From a virus (lineage: Duplodnaviria; Heunggongvirae; Uroviricota; Caudoviricetes), in the IMG/VR virus record IMGVR_UViG_2897333091_000004: 30,232 bases of DNA; one strand, written 5' to 3'. Made by a program: the position numbers and the translations under genes. This document shows, piece after piece, positions 28,194 through 30,232 of the stretch. The notes beneath the pieces are model-generated. The model had not been told where the DNA came from and ran no database searches. It was given only the letters and a program-made list of their open reading frames with translations. How positions within the stretch are numbered: the stretch's first letter is position 1; the number at the start of each line of letters is the position of its first letter.

Positions 28194-29411
28194 TCAAGGG
28201 GTGCTAAAATCATCATTGTTACCGGCAGTAACGGTGTTCAAAAGAAGGTCAGTTACGCCCTGCCCGGTCTGACGCATACGCTCTGGTGTCAATTTCGCGT
28301 AGCGCTCCGTACTTTGAATACTCGCATGCGCCAGTTGTGCTTTAACGTCATACAGGCTGAATTGACCACTCGAAACCAGTAAAGAGGCAACAGAATGACG
28401 TGTGGTGTGAAAACAGACTTCATTCTTGTCTATACCGCACTGTGCCAGTATTTTTTCATATGCCCACCGGGGTTCCGATATCGGTTTTCCATTATCCTTA
28501 ATGGCGAACAGATACGGATTACTGCCAACTCGTGGGATAGCATCAATAATCGATAATGCGGCATCGCTTAGATATACCGTCCGACTGCGACCATTTTTTG
28601 TATAAGGAATGAACAGAGTACGATTGGCCCGGTCGATATGTTCATGCCTGACATTAAGCATTTCTGATTTGCGTGTACCGGTTAACAACAACATGGCTAT
28701 CAATCCCCCGGCAGCTTTGTTGGGATATTGGGTAGCAGCGTCAAGAATGCGCCTGATCTCATCAGCATCAAAAAAGCGCGTCCGCTGATTATTCTCTTTC
28801 AGTAAAGGGATCTTATCGGCTTCATTCTTTTCCAGCACATCCTGTCGCAACGCATAACGCCCCATCGTTTTCAGAATAGCAAGGGCTCTGTTACAGGTAG
28901 ACGGCGCATATTGCTGCCCGTGAATACGCCCCTCCAGCATGTCAAACAGCACCTGTTGTATCTCTCTGGCCCTGAGATCGCAGTAACGTATCTTTCCCAG
29001 ACGAGGTTCAATGTATTGCGTGAAACGCTGAACATCCTTATCCCATGACTTTTTATGGCGCTTTATATAAGGAACATAGGTTTGATGGAAAAACTCACCA
29101 AGTGTTGGCATCGCGCGGTAGTTATCTCGCTCCGCTTTAGGGTCATTTCCCAGCGCAATCGCTTCTTTGTGACGACGGGCTATTTGCCGGGCTGTTCCCA
29201 CATCAATTTCAGGAAATCTGCCAATACTGATACTTTTTTTGGTACCGTGGAATGTATACCGCAGAAGGAAGCGCTTGTTGCCTGTTCGACCTGAGAGGCA
29301 CTTGAGTCCAATAACTTCGGTATCAGATACCTCAAGCTCTGTAGAGCGGGTATCAGTATTTGCAGGTAGGGCTTTGATGGATGCATTGGTAAACCGGAAG
29401 GATTTTTGCAT
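28194..29411 (-). CDS. int: tyrosine recombinase / phage integrase, P4-type with an N-terminal arm-binding domain
   Basis: C-terminal catalytic signature HTTRHSVAS ... RYAKL and N-terminal region typical of P4-family integrases. Start chosen at the ATG with a GAGGA SD (MQKSFRF...); the track ORF extends to 29441. Confidence 0.85.
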   Translation of the reverse strand: MQKSFRFTNASIKALPANTDTRSTELEVSDTEVIGLKCLSGRTGNKRFLLRYTFHGTKKSISIGRFPEIDVGTARQIARRHKEAIALGNDPKAERDNYRAMPTLGEFFHQTYVPYIKRHKKSWDKDVQRFTQYIEPRLGKIRYCDLRAREIQQVLFDMLEGRIHGQQYAPSTCNRALAILKTMGRYALRQDVLEKNEADKIPLLKENNQRTRFFDADEIRRILDAATQYPNKAAGGLIAMLLLTGTRKSEMLNVRHEHIDRANRTLFIPYTKNGRSRTVYLSDAALSIIDAIPRVGSNPYLFAIKDNGKPISEPRWAYEKILAQCGIDKNEVCFHTTRHSVASLLVSSGQFSLYDVKAQLAHASIQSTERYAKLTPERMRQTGQGVTDLLLNTVTAGNNDDFSTP

Positions 29412-29491
29412 ATTTATCCTCATGTATCTGATTGATATCATGGAGACAATATATATCTGAAGGTGTTTTTATTACGGGGCAGTATTGAAGA

Positions 29492-30232
29492 ATGGAAAAG
29501 CTATTAGACGCGTACAAACGGATATTACAGGAAGTTGACGCCCAGTCATTTAACCTGAATGAGGATAAATACTCAGGCGTATTTTTACCCGTACCCTTTG
29601 AAGAATACTGGCATTCGCCGATAAAAATCATGCTGGTTGGACGTGAAACCGCAGGCTGGAATACGCTGAATGGTAAGAATACGATATCACGGGTGTTGGG
29701 ACTTATACCTGACGTCACCATCGGGCAAGTGGTTGAAGAAGCTGTAGATCGCTACAGGAATCATCTTCCGGTACAAAATGATGGCACCACAAACCTCAAA
29801 TCACGTAGCCGCTTCACGCAATATCATTTCAGGCTGGCCCGGGAGCTTAATATTCTTCCCCAGGCAATCGTGTATGCCAATCTACTGGCGTGGGATTACG
29901 ACGGACTGACCCCTCTCAATCGCCCTCAAAATGAAGTGCAGGAAGTCATATTAGCCTCGCTGAAGCTACTGGCGGTACAAATTAAACACCTTGAGCCTGA
30001 TTTCATCATCTTTGCATCTGGAGCCCGGAGAACAGACTACATCATAAAACAGGTGCTTACTGAGCTGGGCGGCTATGAGACTTCTTCAGTCATTCCGGGG
30101 AAGCTGTGGGAGTTCAAAACAGGTAATACAATCTGTTTCAGAATTGCCCATCCAAGGGCTATGCGCGGACACCAGAAGTACAGAGATGAGGTGATTGCAC
30201 GAATTAAGCAACTTTGTAGTAAGGGCGGCTAG
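29492..30232 (+). CDS. hypothetical protein (246 aa), divergent from the integrase
   Basis: Complete ORF ending at the window edge with TAG; no recognisable motif. Confidence 0.5.
   Translation: MEKLLDAYKRILQEVDAQSFNLNEDKYSGVFLPVPFEEYWHSPIKIMLVGRETAGWNTLNGKNTISRVLGLIPDVTIGQVVEEAVDRYRNHLPVQNDGTTNLKSRSRFTQYHFRLARELNILPQAIVYANLLAWDYDGLTPLNRPQNEVQEVILASLKLLAVQIKHLEPDFIIFASGARRTDYIIKQVLTELGGYETSSVIPGKLWEFKTGNTICFRIAHPRAMRGHQKYRDEVIARIKQLCSKGG

Noticed and set aside
29412-29491. Search for a tRNA gene or att core next to the integrase, and for tRNA-like sequence after ogr (20018-20088)
   Set aside because: No cloverleaf-compatible sequence or tRNA 3'-end motif recognised by eye; the integration site is probably outside the window or in a gap.

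Overview
The window is a draft scaffold of seven contigs joined by six 100-N gaps, so gene order across gaps is not physically established. It is a mosaic accessory region, apparently enterobacterial. (1) 1-468: a nested IS junction (IS3-family transposase 3' fragment abutting an internal IS1 fragment). (2) 569-3016: a co-directional operon of small, translationally coupled phage-type genes ending in a terminator, promoter and structured leader. (3) 3117-10076: two divergent alleles of a P2/186-type replication module (two small genes plus a gpA-like rolling-circle initiator with HUH and YxxxY motifs), which look like parallel assembly-graph paths rather than a proven tandem duplication. (4) 10153-11318: a ParM/ParR plasmid-type partition cassette directly downstream of gpA. 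(5) 11419-20017: a P2-like tail module (silent tail-fibre segment, Hin/Pin-family invertase, U, T, E/E', FII, FI, D, ogr) in which the FI-to-U block is inverted relative to D-ogr. (6) 20189-23989: a type I restriction-modification operon (hsdM, hsdS, truncated hsdR-like) with a YecA-like SEC-C-motif gene translationally coupled to hsdS. (7) 24362-30232: an AT-rich island with a complete IS1 lacking target-site duplication, a short WYL/BrxR-type HTH gene, four small co-directional unknown genes, a P4-type tyrosine integrase and a 246-aa unknown protein. No tRNA, rRNA or CRISPR array was seen. All homology calls come from reading the translations and recalling motifs; no database search was run, and motif coordinates may be off by 1-2 nt.
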